In this document: in pieces, positions 1 to 13,739 of the stretch | Layout of the letters: every line of letters starts with the position of its first letter | Numbering within the stretch: position 1 is the stretch's first letter | Origin: Pinctada imbricata | Taxonomy: Eukaryota | DNA: 64,000 nucleotides | Direction of reading: 5' to 3' | Assembly (NCBI GenBank): GCA_033119305.1 | Contig: VSWD01000007.1 | Coordinates: 57,794,741-57,858,740 of the forward strand | The notes under the pieces: generated by a model | What the model was told of the DNA's origin: nothing | The model's database searches: none | Seen by the model: only the letters and a program-made list of their open reading frames with translations | Position numbers and translations under genes: made by a program

Positions 1-3000
1 GACGTTTTCAACTGAGCGTAGCCGACTATGGTCCTTGAAGAAATTTCTTACTTGGAATTCAATTTCACTCCCAAGATTTTTTAGTGGAATCACTGGGATT
101 GTAATGAAGTGAAACTGAAATGTCGAAATACATACTAGTATAAGGTTGTTTATTCGAAAGGAACAAATAGCAAAAGAAAAACCACACACACAAACAAACG
201 AAGAATTACAAACAATACGTGTACGAGTATAACTTTATTTGAAACGAAGAAGAAGGAATTGACGCTTAGATCTTGTAAAAGTAATGAAAGTGTTACTTTG
301 AGGAGAGGAAACTTTAGTTAGATGCTTTAGTATATAATATCACGTATATAAGCTTAACATAGTCTTAATTCTTTCATTTGGAGTCCCGGCTACTCAGACA
401 CTTCCATGTTCTACAGCCGCAACTAGTGGGGTATGTTTTCTTGATGCGTCGACACCCCTTTTTTGGACAGTAGATATATATGTAGTAAGTTTTGTAGTAT
501 TGTGGCCAACATATCCCCTTTTTGTCATCATTGCAACAATTTTCACTGAAGATATAAAGAACATGGATATATTACATCATGATTACATCTTCTATACTAT
601 AAGTTAATATCTATGTGGAACATATAAAATGAGTATCAAGGAAATGTATTATAAAAAGTCTATATAAATATTATGAAAAAGTTTGAATTCAGAATGAAAA
701 GTTCTCGAAACCGCAGGGACGCGAATATCTCCCTTTAAAGATATGTCAACCCCAATGCATCCAAAAAAGTTTGTATTTATGGCGTCGTAGTTTATTGAAC
801 GGTACATGGAAGTATCTAGTTTTTTTCAGGGAGTTTGGTCCAAAAATTTATCTGCTCGGAAACCCTCATTTGACATGTCCTCTTTTATGTAACATTCCGC
901 CTGAGTGCCATTTGCAGTGAATAGGCTCTTGATTTTGTGAGAAGGATTTATTTCAGGGAAATTATTGATAGCGCATACTAGTTAAGTACTGTGAGAATAA
1001 AATTCTTTATTGACCCAACTCCCTCAGACCCACTTTTTATACGCCCTACAATATGAGAGGATACATTAAAATAAAATTATAACGAAGCGAAGCACTCTTG
1101 CTCTGAGCAGGCTTTAATGGTAACATATAGAGAATAAGCAATGTTTTGTTACGGGTATGCAACAGCAAGTGCATATATCGTACATGTAATGCGCGTTAGC
1201 ATAACATGGTTGGGCATAAATGCATATACATACGAAAAAAGTGGAAAAATGAAAGAAAATGAAAAAGAAAAGATATACACTGAGCCTTTCAAAAACCTTC
1301 AAAATGGGAAGTTTACTTCAAGGGAGCCGCCATGTTTAAATACCCGGATGCATTTTTGACGATCTTTTACGTCAATTGATCGAGTAGATTGCTTAACGCA
1401 ATGATCGAAGTATACAGACATTTCAAGAAACCACCTTAGCTTTAATGTAGAGATCAATTTTCTGACTATTTTCACACGGTCAACGAAAATTGCCCTACCA
1501 AAGTAAATGTTGTAAGAAAGTCTGCTCCGATTCCCTTTTGCTTTTCGATGTGTATTTCGCTGCAAATTGCTGTTCAATTGTTTTCAAGTGCTACTATATA
1601 CGGCTTTTAACAGTAAACGTTGTGGCTACTTAATTCATACAAAATGTAACACTGAGAACATGAAGTATCTCAGGACGGCGTTCGGAATCTATATTGATTA
1701 TCTGGTATCTAATCTAAACAACGATTATTTACTATTATTACTTTATCCATATATTTATTGATATGGCCCATTATCATTCGAGAACATGATATGCAAATAA
1801 TATTGCCCCCCCCTCATTTACATACATACGTTAACTTATATGATTTATCGAAAATCACTTCGCTTCGCTTCGAGGGCTTTGCCATAATTCATTTTAAACA
1901 TAATGTTAGCATTTCATTGGTGTTTCGAAAGATGTACCGTACATGTACTTACAACGAGCATTTTGCAACTTGTATGTTCTGCCATTGTGGAGCAATGACG
2001 TGGCAGTACTGGTTCTCGTAATAAACAGTTTTCAGTGTGTACATTGTGGCTTTGCATTTGAAGTCGAGAAAGCTGTAAATCAAAGAAAGTAGTGAGATAA
2101 ACCATTGGAACAAATTTCACGAACAGGGCATCTCAAATGTAGATATCTACAATTTGGTTCAACGAAGTTGTAATATCCAAATATCTGAACACATTGTTTA
2201 TATGTATCATATTTCTTTGATTTTTTTTCCAAAAGAAAAGCCAGGGACTGACCTTCTTATGACCTCATAATTGTACTGAATATAAAATTTACCTTTCGTA
2301 GGGGTTCCTTGCAGGCGATGGTGCCTCAGGTCTCAGGCTCTGATAAAGCCATTTCAATGCTAACTCAGTCTCCACGCTGAAGTATACACACATTTCAAAG
2401 CAATATAATCATTTAAGAACACAACCATTCTGAATAATAATAAAATGACATGTACTTTCCCCCTTTTTTCATAATCAATTTGTATGTCTGATCACAAAAA
2501 CTTTCATCTACAAGGTAAAAATAAAGACCAAAAAATATTGTATTGGTAATCAGAGTAAAATAGACATTAATGAAACAAGGGATCTAATTGGGCCTATATC
2601 TTTTAGGCCTACCTTATCTCTACTTTTTCATCATTTTGATCCATGACTTTTTGGACTTCCGATTCTGCTACTGTCCTGGCTCTAGCTTCGTCTGGACACA
2701 AGCTTTCCTGTCCAAGAGTGGCTATGATTATGGTCATCAACACGGTCAACACCTGGAAGTAAAGGAGCAAACTCCTCCTCACACTTCGTCCATATATATA
2801 CTTTTTTTTTTCGGGAGAATATGGATGTTATTTTCTAGTCGTGAAACGCAGTGCAAGGCATCATGGGACAAGACTGGTTATTTTCTCCCGTTAGTCTCTT
2901 ATGAATAATTATTACTAAGTCATTGTACAATATATTTATGAAGCTTTCAAGGCAAATTTTCAATAGAATTCCCTATCACTAGTATCATAGAATATTGGAA

Positions 3001-3284
3001 GCAGAGGTTGCGTTCATCCATTTCACAAGATCTTTTTCTTAATAAATCACTGTCGACATTCCTATAACGATGTTACGATAATATACATGAAGTTTGGTTT
3101 TCTGTTATCAGTGTACCTTACACAATGATACAGGGGTTGATAGAATTTTTATTTCAATAATCTTTCTAAAATTAATTAGCATTACATTTATGCAATAGTC
3201 CTTTTATACAAAAATATCTCGAAAAAGACGAAATAGACAAAAAGCATATGCTATTGACGACCTAAGTACTGTATACAGTAGTGC

Positions 3285-3590
3285 CTCATATGAAATTCAT
3301 GTGAAATTTACATTAACTTTACATGAAAATTCACATGAAATTTATGTGAAACGAGCACGAATATGAAAATTACATGAAATTTTTCACATGAAATTCATGT
3401 GAAGATTTTTACATGGATGTTATGTGAATTCAGTTTCCTGTGACGGTCACATAGAAAAATTCATGTGAAATTCATGTGAAGGAAATTTATGTGAAATTCA
3501 TGTGAAATAATTTCACACTAATCTTATGTGAAATTTATATGAATTTTACATGAAATTTCATGTGAAATTTACATGGTGCTCATTTGCTGT
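3285..3590. repeat. Short-period tandem repeat (catgtgaaatt / ttcacatgaaa variants, about 12-24 bp period)
   Basis: Visible reiteration of catgtgaaattcatgtgaa / tttacatgaaaattcacatgaaa over about 300 bp. Confidence 0.8.
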
Positions 3591-5096
3591 GATAGTACTG
3601 CCAATGATGAATAAAAGTTTTCCAGTCTACGTATCGGATGAACTCTAAACCTTTTTATGAAATTGTTCAGATATATATATTTATCATATACAATCCATCC
3701 ATTTTTTTCATTTTTTCCTTGAAACTCTTTCAATTTCAGATTTCCATACGATGGCCGTAAAGGGCCGTGTTAAAAAAATAGCGCATTTACCTCCGATATC
3801 AGCGTTTGTTTTTTTTTTCTGGGTTAAAAGATTATAAAAAAAATGCAGCGGCGTAGCTTGGCCAAAATTAAGTGGATGCTTTTCATTATGCTGAGTATCT
3901 TAAGAGATCCTAAGCAGGTCCAGGTGAATGCTCTTACGGGGGATACCGCAGTATCACGACCATGGAATATCCATTCCAGGGCGTAACGTGTAAAATTTGA
4001 AGAGATCCTATGTTCGATAACATATAGCATTGAAAAGGACAATATTTACGGTGTCCTCCCGGAGAGCCCACAAGTCTTATGAAAAATTTCCAAAATTAAG
4101 AAAAGTGCAGAGCGAAGTTCCAAAATATAGAGTCGAATTCCGAAATCTTAAAAGAGAATCGTGCCTTGTTTGTTTAGAAGTTCAATTTATTTGATACAAA
4201 ACTCCATACAATTTTAGTCGAGTATTTTCGCCTGTTTTTTTTAAAGATAATTTAACGATTCTAAATTAAAACATTAAACCAATGCCCATTATTTATTCGA
4301 ATCTTGCAGTATTGTATTTATGTAACCAACATTTTATTTTAGAAATTTATTTAATACAAATCGAAGACAAAGCATAATGCCTCATTCAATGTAGAAATAT
4401 AATAGAAAATCTGATAAAGATGCTACTTACCAAGGTTTTCATTCTGGTTGTAGTCTGGTCGTTGTCTTCTTGTAGTTGTCTTCTGATTGTATTTTGTCGG
4501 GCTTATGAATTATGCGAAAATCATTCATTTATATAGAAGTCAGAATTTAATTATTTCAATAAAATCTAAATAACGCCCTGACAAATTGAGAGAAAGTCGT
4601 TTAAGGTAGACACGTATAAACCAATCAATGAGAAGGAACCACCCGTATTAGGATACATCCCGGAAAAACATCAGGAAAATAAAATTTCAACAAGATTTGA
4701 TCTCGGAAGTTTTGGAATATTTCATTGGCGCGTAAATAACATTTTAGCACCTTTGCTTTGATCTCACGGCATATAAAAAATAAATACTACCTATATGTAA
4801 CTTGTAAAGATATTGACAAAAAAGGAATAAGTAGCGTTATAAATAATGCTTTCTTTGTCAGTTTTCAAAATAAATGGGCTAAAATGGTGACAGTATCATA
4901 CATGAGATGTGCAAACTTGAAATAATCAGATCACTGCTTTTAAGTTTTCACCCAAAAGAAACAAAATGAAAGTATGTTATTAAATTATTTGAAAAGAAAG
5001 CTTCTTTCACTGAGTTTTCGATCAGTAATATAATATGATTTTTATGAGTTTGAATTATTCATTTGGTATGGATTTTACTTTTGAATAAATTCTTTC

Positions 5097-5489
5097 ATGA
5101 AATATTTATTTCTATACACATACAAAAATGTATATGAAAAGGAATTTATTCAAAATCTTCAAAAGCAAAGAAAATATGATTATGTGAAATGTTTGATTGG
5201 TACTTGTAGGTACCTGGATGATATTCTTACTATCGATAATCCTGTTTTTGAAAAGTATAAAGATGTTATTTATCCTCAAGAATTAACTCTAAACAAGGCA
5301 AACGTTACAGACACGGACACACCATTTTTGGACCTAGATATCAAAATTGTCAATGGAGGAATTCATGCAAGTGTGTATGACAAACGAGATGATTTTCAGT
5401 TCGATCAATTTCGGTTGGTCGTTTCTTCAAACGCATTTGAAAATGTCTGTTTACAAAATGTTCTCAAATTTCTAAAACCTGGGTCCTGA
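5097..5489 (+). mobile_element. Isolated reverse-transcriptase fragment (YLDD motif and downstream conserved thumb; family uncertain), truncated at both ends
   Basis: Translates RYLDDILTIDNP..IYPQELTLNKAN..FLDLDIKIVNGGIHASVYDKRDDFQFD. There is no flanking ORF continuity. Confidence 0.4.
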
Positions 5490-6029
5490 AGCATCATATC
5501 CCCGCCATTTTGCTACGTCCTTCGGTATATTTAGGACATAATTCCAAAAGATTTGGTCATATTGCATTATTTAGATTGAGGATCACTGACGAGGGTTAAA
5601 TACCCGAAACGTGCATGTCTGGTCCATGCTGTAAATTTATCTGCTCTAAAATGAAGCTAATGAATTTGAAGACGTTAAACAATTGCTGGGGGTCCGTCGA
5701 TGCTCAATTTGGTGCTCTATTGTGAGTGCTGTAGAGATTATCGTCAGGATCTTCTTTAACTCATGCTTGAACATAATTGGCATTTCTTATTATTAAAAAA
5801 ATATCGATATGAAAATACAAAATACATATACAAGCAAAGAGCAGCTGTATGTGAGTCAATGATAAAATATTTCATATAAAGATAGCTTAAATTTCAATCA
5901 TGGGAGCATTAGAGATCTTTTTATGCCCCCCCCCCCCACCCTTCGAAGAAGAGGGGACATATAGGTTTGCCGCTGTCGGTCGGTCGGTCTGTCGGTCGGT
6001 CTGTCGGTCGTTCCGCGACATCAGTTTCC

Positions 6030-8200
6030 GTTCAATATCTCTGGAATGGATTCACATATTGAAATGAAATTTTGTATACAGACACATCAAATAAAAATCT
6101 AGGTCAAGTTCATATTTGGGTCCGATCGAAAAAATTTTGACAGAGTTATGCCCCTTGCATTTCGAAAAATACCAAAATTTAATGGTTTCCGTTCAATATC
6201 TCTTGAATGGAGTTACATATTGAAATGAAATTTTGTATACAGACACATCAAATGAAAATCCAGGTCAAGTTCATATTAAGGTTCGATCGAAAAAATTTTG
6301 ACAGAGTTATGCCCCCTGCACTTCGAAAAATACCAAAATTTCAGGGTTTCCGTTCAATATCTCTTGAGTGCAGTTACATATTGAAATGAAATTTTGTATA
6401 CAGACACATCAAATGAAAATCTAGGCCAAGTGTATATTTGGGTCCGATCAACAAAATTTTGACAGAGTTATGCCCCTTGCACTTAAAAAAAACAAAATTT
6501 CAGGGTTTCTGTTCAATATCTCTTGAGTTGAGTTACATATTGAAATGAAAGGAGCTGATAAGATAAGGCGTAAAATCTGCCCTGAAAATGTGGAATTTTC
6601 AAAATGGGAACTTCAAAAAAAATCTTTCACAAAATTGATGCCAGTTCTTGGTTTCATCATAATCAGCAGTTGCATAAGATTTATCATGCATAGTTTTCCT
6701 AAATTTTGGGGCAAAATATGTGTTTTTTCTATAGAAACCAATGGAAAATGGAAAAGTTTTTTTAAACATTGTTCCCCCCTCAGCTACAGAACGCCACTTT
6801 TACAGAAGGTGTATATCACCAATACACATCTTTTGGCAAACTGGGGTTCTGTAGCTAAGGGGGGAACGATGCCCCAGAGACAAAAAACTTAAAAAGGGAG
6901 GGTGGGGGGCTTTTTTCAAATCTGTGTTTTAGGCCATAATATAAGCAAAATTTATTTTTCTCCCTTTTAAAGTCATTCATTTATTTATTCTAAACATGTT
7001 CACATGAAATGCACAAGATTTTGTTATGAAATAAACAGCAGTCAACAATTCATTTATACACAATGTGTATTTCGCGGTAAAATGCCTACTTTGTAGTCAA
7101 TGAATACAAAATACAACCATATTTCAGATTCAAGATTTTTAAATTTATGGAAAAAAATGAGACCAGTCTTTTGAATTAAATTTCTAGTATCTTGTTTAGA
7201 CTATAACTATGTTTTAAAGTTTATAGATATCCACATTAGCCAGATTGTTCTTAATTTTCAACGTTTTTTGATCGATATTAGCTTCTTTTCAACATGGCTA
7301 CCCCCTACTCTTTAGACTGTAATTTAGGTATCTAGAAATAAGCTTACCAAAATAAAAGTTGCATGAGGAATCTCCAAATACATTACATTTTAGTAATTAT
7401 CAAGTTTTTCTTGTGTACAGGTCATTGTGTAGAAGAAATACTTGATGAAATTCAGGGCTAAATACAGCCCTTATCTTATCAGCTCCTTTTGTATACGGAT
7501 ACATCAAATGACAATCTAGGTCAAGTTTTTATTTGGGTCCAATCAACAAAATTTTGACAGAGTAATGCCCCTTGCACTTCGAAAAATACCAAAATTTCAG
7601 GGTTTCTGTTCAATATCTCTTGAGTTGAGTTACATATTGAAATTATATTTTGTATACGGATACATCAAATGACAATCTAGGTCAAGTTTTTATTTGGGTC
7701 CAATCAACAAAATTTTGATAGAGTAATGCCCCTTGCACTTCGAAAAATACCAAAATTTCAGGGTTTCCGTTCAATATCTCTTGAGTGGAGTTACATATAG
7801 AAATGAAATTTTGTATACAGACACATCAAATGAAAATCTATGTCAAGTTCATATTTAGGTCTGATCAAAAAAATTTGGACAGAGTTATGCCCCTTGCACT
7901 TTGAAAAATACCAAAACTTCAGGGTTTCTGTTCAATATCTCTTGAGTGGAGTTACATATTGAAATGAATTTTTGTATACAGACTCATCGAATGAAAATCT
8001 ACTAGGTCAAGTTCATATTTAGGTCCGATGAACAAAATTTTGACAGAGTTATGCCCCTTGCACTTCGAAAAATACCAAAATTTCAGGGTTTCTGTTCAAT
8101 ATCTCTTGAGTGGAGTTACATATTGAAATGAAATTTTGTTTTCAGACACATCAAATAAAATTCTAGGTCAAGTTCATATTTTGGTTAAATCAAAAAATTT
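6030..8200. repeat. 160-bp satellite array of about 9 units (interrupted by the 6548..7490 insertion), flanked at both ends by a similar head module (..ttcgaagaagaggggacata..(gtcggtc)n..cgacatcagtttccgttcaata..)
   Basis: Unit ggtttccgttcaatatctcttgagtggagttacatattgaaatgaaattttgtatacagacacatcaaatgaaaatctaggtcaagttcatatttgggtccgatc.aaaaaattttgacagagttatgccccttgcacttcgaaaaataccaaaatttcag recurs with period 160 (6185, 6345, 6505, 7600, 7760, 7920, 8080). Head modules at 5925..6030 and 8205..8310. Confidence 0.85.
6548..7490. mobile_element. TIR-bounded insertion of about 940 bp inside the 160-bp satellite array; perfect 18-bp TIRs (ggagctgataagataagg), no target-site duplication, inserted at AAA^TTTT
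   Basis: The flanks rejoin exactly to satellite sequence (gaaatgaaa + ttttgtatac). There is an internal 18-bp stem hairpin (ccccctcagctacagaac ... gttctgtagctaagggggg) at about 6775-6865. Confidence 0.55.
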
Positions 8201-8973
8201 TGTGCACCCCTTTGAAGAAGAGGGGACATATTGCTTTGACGCTGTCCGACTTTCTGTCTGTCGGTCCGTCGGTCAGTCGGTCGGTCCACGACATCAGTTT
8301 CCGTTCAATACCTCTGGAGTGGATTCACATATTGAAATGAAATTTTGTGTACAGACACATCAAATGAAAATCAAGTATAAAGTTGTGACGGACTTTAATC
8401 ACAGAAGGGGTAGGGGGGCATTAATGTTTTACAAACATGACTTTTAACTTGTTTTTTTTTTAAGGTACGATTTCTCTGAGAAAAGCCAGTTTCTTGGAAA
8501 AGATTACTTCTTCGAAACTTATTACATTTCTATTTCTAATATTTATGTATTTTTAAAACAATTACATGTTTTCGACCTTCTGTTAACGTACTGCAATTTA
8601 CGTTTCAGATTTCATCTCAATATTTTTAAAATCTTATCATTATAGACATGTCAAGACAGACGGGTGAGAGGCGTACATAAAAAAAAAAACGAAATAAAAA
8701 TGAAGAACTTTGTCCTGCTTTGCTAAAATGGAACTAATAAACACAGGGACATGTATGATTATATAAGCTTGGTCACAAACTCTTTCCCCAATACCCTTTC
8801 CTCTACAAATCTGTATTAAATACTTGTAGTGCTAAGGAAAGGGTTTGTTGCCAAGCTAGCTCGCCCGAACCAAATGTTAATGACGTGCCGTCCGTCGTGA
8901 ACTTGTCGTATTTTCGAATCTATTCCCAGGAACCAAAATTTGTTCGATTTTGAGGTAAAATTGGTAGGAATAA

Positions 8974-9981
8974 ATTGATATTGTCCCCGAATTTAACTAT
9001 CTGGGTATTACTTTTCAAAAATCAGGGTCTTTCAAAAAAGCAAAGAAAATATTGGCTGAAAAGGCAAGTAAAGCAATGTTTGATGTTTTGAAAAAGGGGC
9101 GATCAAATAATCTGTCAATTAAATGTCAACTTGAGCTTTTTGATCAAATTGTGAAACCAATACTATTATACGGATGTGAGGTTTGGGGGTTTGGAAATAA
9201 CAGTGTCTTAGAAAGGGTTCATTTGAAATTTTGTAAAATGTTATTACACATGAAAAGTAGCACACCAGACTTTATGGTTTATGGCGAATTAGGCAGACAC
9301 CCAATTGAAATTCAAATAAAGACTCGTTTAATAAATTACTGGACAAAATTGATATCTGAGAAAGGAAATAAAATAGTTTCGATTTTATATAAACTTGGTA
9401 ATCACCTAAATGAAGAATATTCACGAAAATTTCTTTGGATTGAAAACATAAAAAATATTTTTAATTCTTGTGGACTATCGAATATCTGGCTTTTTCAAAA
9501 TTTTCCAAATGCTAAATGGTTAAAAGTAAAAGTTAGAACGACATTACGCGATCAATTCGTACAACAATGGTTATCAAATGTTCAAAATTCCCCTAAAGCG
9601 TTAAATTACAGAATATATAAAGATGAATTAGTTTTTGAAGAGTACCTTAATTTTCTATCAACTGAAGATGCTATAACTTTTTGTTAATTCAGGACTTGCA
9701 ATCATCATTTGCCTATTGAAGTCGGACGCTGGAATAATGTTCCCAGAGATGAAAGAAAATGTATAAAATGTAATCAACATGAATTAGGCGATGAATTTCA
9801 TTATATTTTAAATTGTCAATTTTTAAGAGACGAAAGACAACGATTAATTCCAAACATATTAACAAGAACAACAAATGTAATATCATTTAAAAATATAATG
9901 GCATCTAAGAAACAATTTGTACTTCGAAAATTATGTATCTTTATCCGTAACATAAATAAAGTTTGCCCCCCTCCACCATAA
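8974..9981 (+). mobile_element. 5'-truncated non-LTR (CR1/L2-like LINE) 3' fragment: RT C-terminal region plus a C-terminal Cys/His domain; frameshifted, probably dead
   Basis: Open frame ..IDIVPELNYLGITFQKSGSFKKAKKILAEKASKAMF.. ILLYGCEVWG ... then, in a second frame, HHLPIEVGRWNNVPRDERKCIKCN..EFHYILNC. These are typical LINE RT-thumb and C-terminal zinc-finger motifs. Confidence 0.6.
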
Positions 9982-12399
9982 TTTTCCCCATATTGCAAAA
10001 TCACGTGCTTATTATGAAATATTATCATTATTATGTTATTATATGTCTACATAAATTTTTTTGTGGGTTGTTAATCAAAAGTGTTAATAAATATTTTTGG
10101 TTTGCAGGTCACAAAATATTTTATGTTGACGCCACACTTCTTTATCAATTTATGTGATATGTTCACGCATGCATATAAAAATGTTTTGTATAACATCATT
10201 GTATTGTATATTTCTCTAATATACTTTTGTAAAAAAAAAAGTGATGAGAATAAAGTATTGATTGATATTTAATCCTCTTTTTCCTCTTTTTTTTTCATTT
10301 TCAAGTATTCATCAGATAAGACAATAGTAGGTGGTTCCTTCTTTGATTAACTTCGTCAGAAGCATACTGTTCTAGTATAAGGAATGAACCAGAGTGATCT
10401 CATTAGAAGCTTCGTTATCTTACTTTTAATTTGTATGACTGCTCAGAATATCTGAGAAATGTTCATTTGTGTAATGTACGTCTTGTTAATTGATGACTAA
10501 CTTAACAAAGAAGGTTTCTTTGCTGTTTATTTGTTACATTTGAATTATTTGTTGCCTTTTAATAGATTTTGTAAATATATCTTCAGTTTATATCTTCGAT
10601 TTTTAGCTCATAAGCTAGAAAGTGTCAATATAGTCGTCGGTGTTTTCGTTCTTTGACATGTTCGAATTCTCCTCCGCAACCTGCTGCCCGAAATTTTCCG
10701 AAATATTTCTTTTTTTGTGTTTTATTTCTAGTCGGAATGTTATCCAAACTATTTCTGACTGACATTTATCATATGAAGGCGATGTTTCACGCGGGATTCC
10801 CTTATCAAAGAATTAGTACAACGGCCTTGATCGGCGGACTTTGTTATGTTACTGTTACAATGCATATTCATTTTGAAACATTGAGTAACATTGAGCTGGG
10901 GAAGGCCGTTGGCCGAAACGTACGGAAAAATATATTGTTTTATTGTATTTATACAACAAACGAAAGTATTTTATTCCAAGAATAAGTATTAAAATATTAT
11001 ACATGTCCTCTGAGGAACATCTTCAAGCGATCTGTTACCTTTAAAAACCAATCATTTCAAGCCCCTTGTCAATGATAAAACACAGATCCAAATAAACTTT
11101 TACTCGAGTTCATTCTTATTGATGCGTCAAATTGGAAAACGGGGAAGTAGTGAAAATTCAAAAGAAGAAAATTGACTGTATGTACGCATTTCGATACGAC
11201 TTAGTGATCTTGAATAAAGAGAAAGAAATATGAATAAAGTATACGGAAATCATTCAAAGGAAATAGGATATACAAATGTATCATACAAACTACACCTTAA
11301 AAGCTTGTCATTCGGGGATTTTATTCTGAATGGGGAAGGGCAGGGGCTTGCACTTAAAAATGCATTCCCAAAAATTCTGTTCAAAAGTAAATAATCTGAC
11401 CCTAGCAGAAAAAAAAATTCTAGCCTAACAGTGCATACATTCAACAACCATTCAGCTAGCTTCACTTGCGAAGCAAAAAACTTTCCCGGCTCTCAGCACT
11501 CGTCACACCCTGAAAAGTTATCCAAGATGGCTTCGCTTGTCACAAACTGAAATAAAACAACCAAAATATTTCATATCATGTGTTATTTTAGACATTATTC
11601 ATATTTTAATCTACTGATCGAGATACAACGCCGTCTTTTAGAAACGAAATTCTAAGCTAAATCTTATGGAAATAGTATATTTATTTTGAAAGCTCTATTT
11701 TCAGACACAGGCACCAGATTCCCCGAAAAAAAATTGTGGGTAAAGAGAAGAGAAAAGGGCGTTTAAGATGGGTTTTAAGTTTTTCTCTAGGAATCTGGTG
11801 CCTGTGTTTTCAGAGTGTTGATACGATGACCATAGTGCGACAACATTTATTTCCTTATTGGTCAAGTTGCAAAACACTACTCTTAATTTTCTGTAACATG
11901 GGTAAGCGGACGGTGTCAATAATTGGTTTCCGGAACACAAGTCCAGTATAATGGACCTTTATGTAAGGGTTATTCTACTGTCTCCGAGGGCGTAGCCCGA
12001 GAAGCAGTTGAATAACCCACTTGTTGCACGGCAATTGTTAGGCCATCAAACAATTATCACAAATGATTGAATAATTCTTCACTGGTAGCTAAAGAAAACT
12101 ACTCATGGTAGTCAGTCAATTATTCAATCATTACTTTTGTACATCAATCATTAATCTAATAATTGCTACACAATGAAAATTGTTGCACAGTCTGGAAAGG
12201 TGTAAATTACCGTCTACAACCTAGACCGTGCAACAAATACACTTACTCATTGTGCTCCCAATCGATTTTGCGACCAAAAAGTCAAAAGTCAAGATCAAAA
12301 GAATTCGATGATTGAAAAAGTTTTCCGAGGCATCAGACAGTTTGTATGGCACCTCCAACCATGAAATCTGCTTTCAAAGTTTGATGATTTCACTATTGT

Positions 12400-13700
12400 A
12401 ATTGCCCCTTCTTGATTTTAATGTAAAAAAATCAAAGGTCATAACGATTATAAGGGAATCATTATTGAAGTTTTCGTATTATTTTTCATGAGTCAAAGAT
12501 GGTCAGATTTATTTTGAGGTCAAAAGGTCAAGGCCATAGGACTTTGATGGTTGAAATGGTTTCCAGGTTGTAACTCATTTTGTATTTCCCCTATCATCAT
12601 AAAACTTGTCAGAAATGCTTTCAAATGGTCAATGGTGTTCCCTGTTGACTTAAAGGTAAATAGGTCAAAGGTCAATGTCATATGACTTAGATGATTGAAC
12701 ATGTTTTCCAATTTACAGCTTAGTGTATATTCATCCTATCTTCATGAATCGTGCCAGAAATGTTCCCCACGATCCAAGTACATGTATGTGCCCTATTAAT
12801 TTTGGAATCAATGCCAAAGGTCAAGGTCAGAGGGCTTTGATGATCGCAGTTCTTTTGACCATAGATTAAATATCAAGTAAGTGCGATATTGGTAGGGGAA
12901 TAATCTGCCTTAGAACAGAATGGCAAGGTATTGCAGCCTGACAAATTGCACCTGTGATGCACCTGAACTTGTTTGTGTTTTTTTTTTATTTAACGAATTT
13001 GTATTTGTGTGGTATATTTAGTGATGTCACTTGCAATGAATTATAATGGGACTCTGTGGAGAGAATTGATGAGATTGTCTCATTGATTCCGTCCATATTC
13101 CCTTTTTATGGTCTTATCATGATTTTTCGCTTCAAGGTTTGGCCATTTTTTTTCCTCAAAATTGACAGGACTATTAATGATATTTCACAGAATTGTGGCC
13201 CATGACCCAAGAGTGTGTCATGACCTAAAACCAAGGTCACCGGTCAAAGGTCAAGGTAACAGTACCAGCGACTTGAAAAATCTTGTCCGGGTCGTAAGTT
13301 TACACTGATTGCATGGATCTGAATTATTACACAAGAGTGTGTTATGGCCTTAGACCAAGGCCATAGGACGAAGGTCAAGGTCACTATACGTGTTGATTGT
13401 AAAGTCTTGTTCAGGCCCTTATTTTTCACTGCTTGTATGGATCTGAGTAAAATTTCACAGAATAGTTGCCCAGGACCAAGGGATGTACCATGATCTTTAT
13501 ACAAGACCAAAGTCCATGGTAATATGTGGGTTGAAAAATCTTATCATGACCCTCACTTTCTATTGCCTGCATAGATTTGAATATTGATATTTCACTTAAC
13601 CATTGCCCAGAACTAAAGAATGTGACGCAACCTTCATCAAAGGTCAAGGTCACAGTACTTGCGGATTTAGAAATCTTGTCCTGGTAATAGCCTTTCCCCT
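12400..13700. repeat. Degenerate dispersed or tandem copies of the AGGTCAAAGGTCAAGGTCA-containing repeat family (related to the 145-bp satellite in the MVP intron)
   Basis: Repeated ggtcaaaggtcaaggtca(c/t)ag...gattgaa(a/c)atggtttcc motifs. Minus-strand ORF peptides (e.g. 12520..12711) are homologous to those of the 30449..31244 units. Confidence 0.6.
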
Positions 13701-13739
13701 CCTTGGATTGAATTTAATTTTTAGGGCCCCACATGCATA

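Noticed and set aside
5925-8390. Regular direct repeats that could superficially resemble a CRISPR array
   Set aside because: This is eukaryotic intron-containing DNA. The repeats are contiguous 160-bp satellite monomers without unique spacers, and there are no cas genes.
9052-9981. Two + strand ORFs (211 aa and 90 aa) as a cellular gene
   Set aside because: The motifs are those of a LINE ORF2 C-terminus. The two ORFs are in different frames and 5'-truncated, so they are annotated as a dead retrotransposon fragment rather than a host gene.
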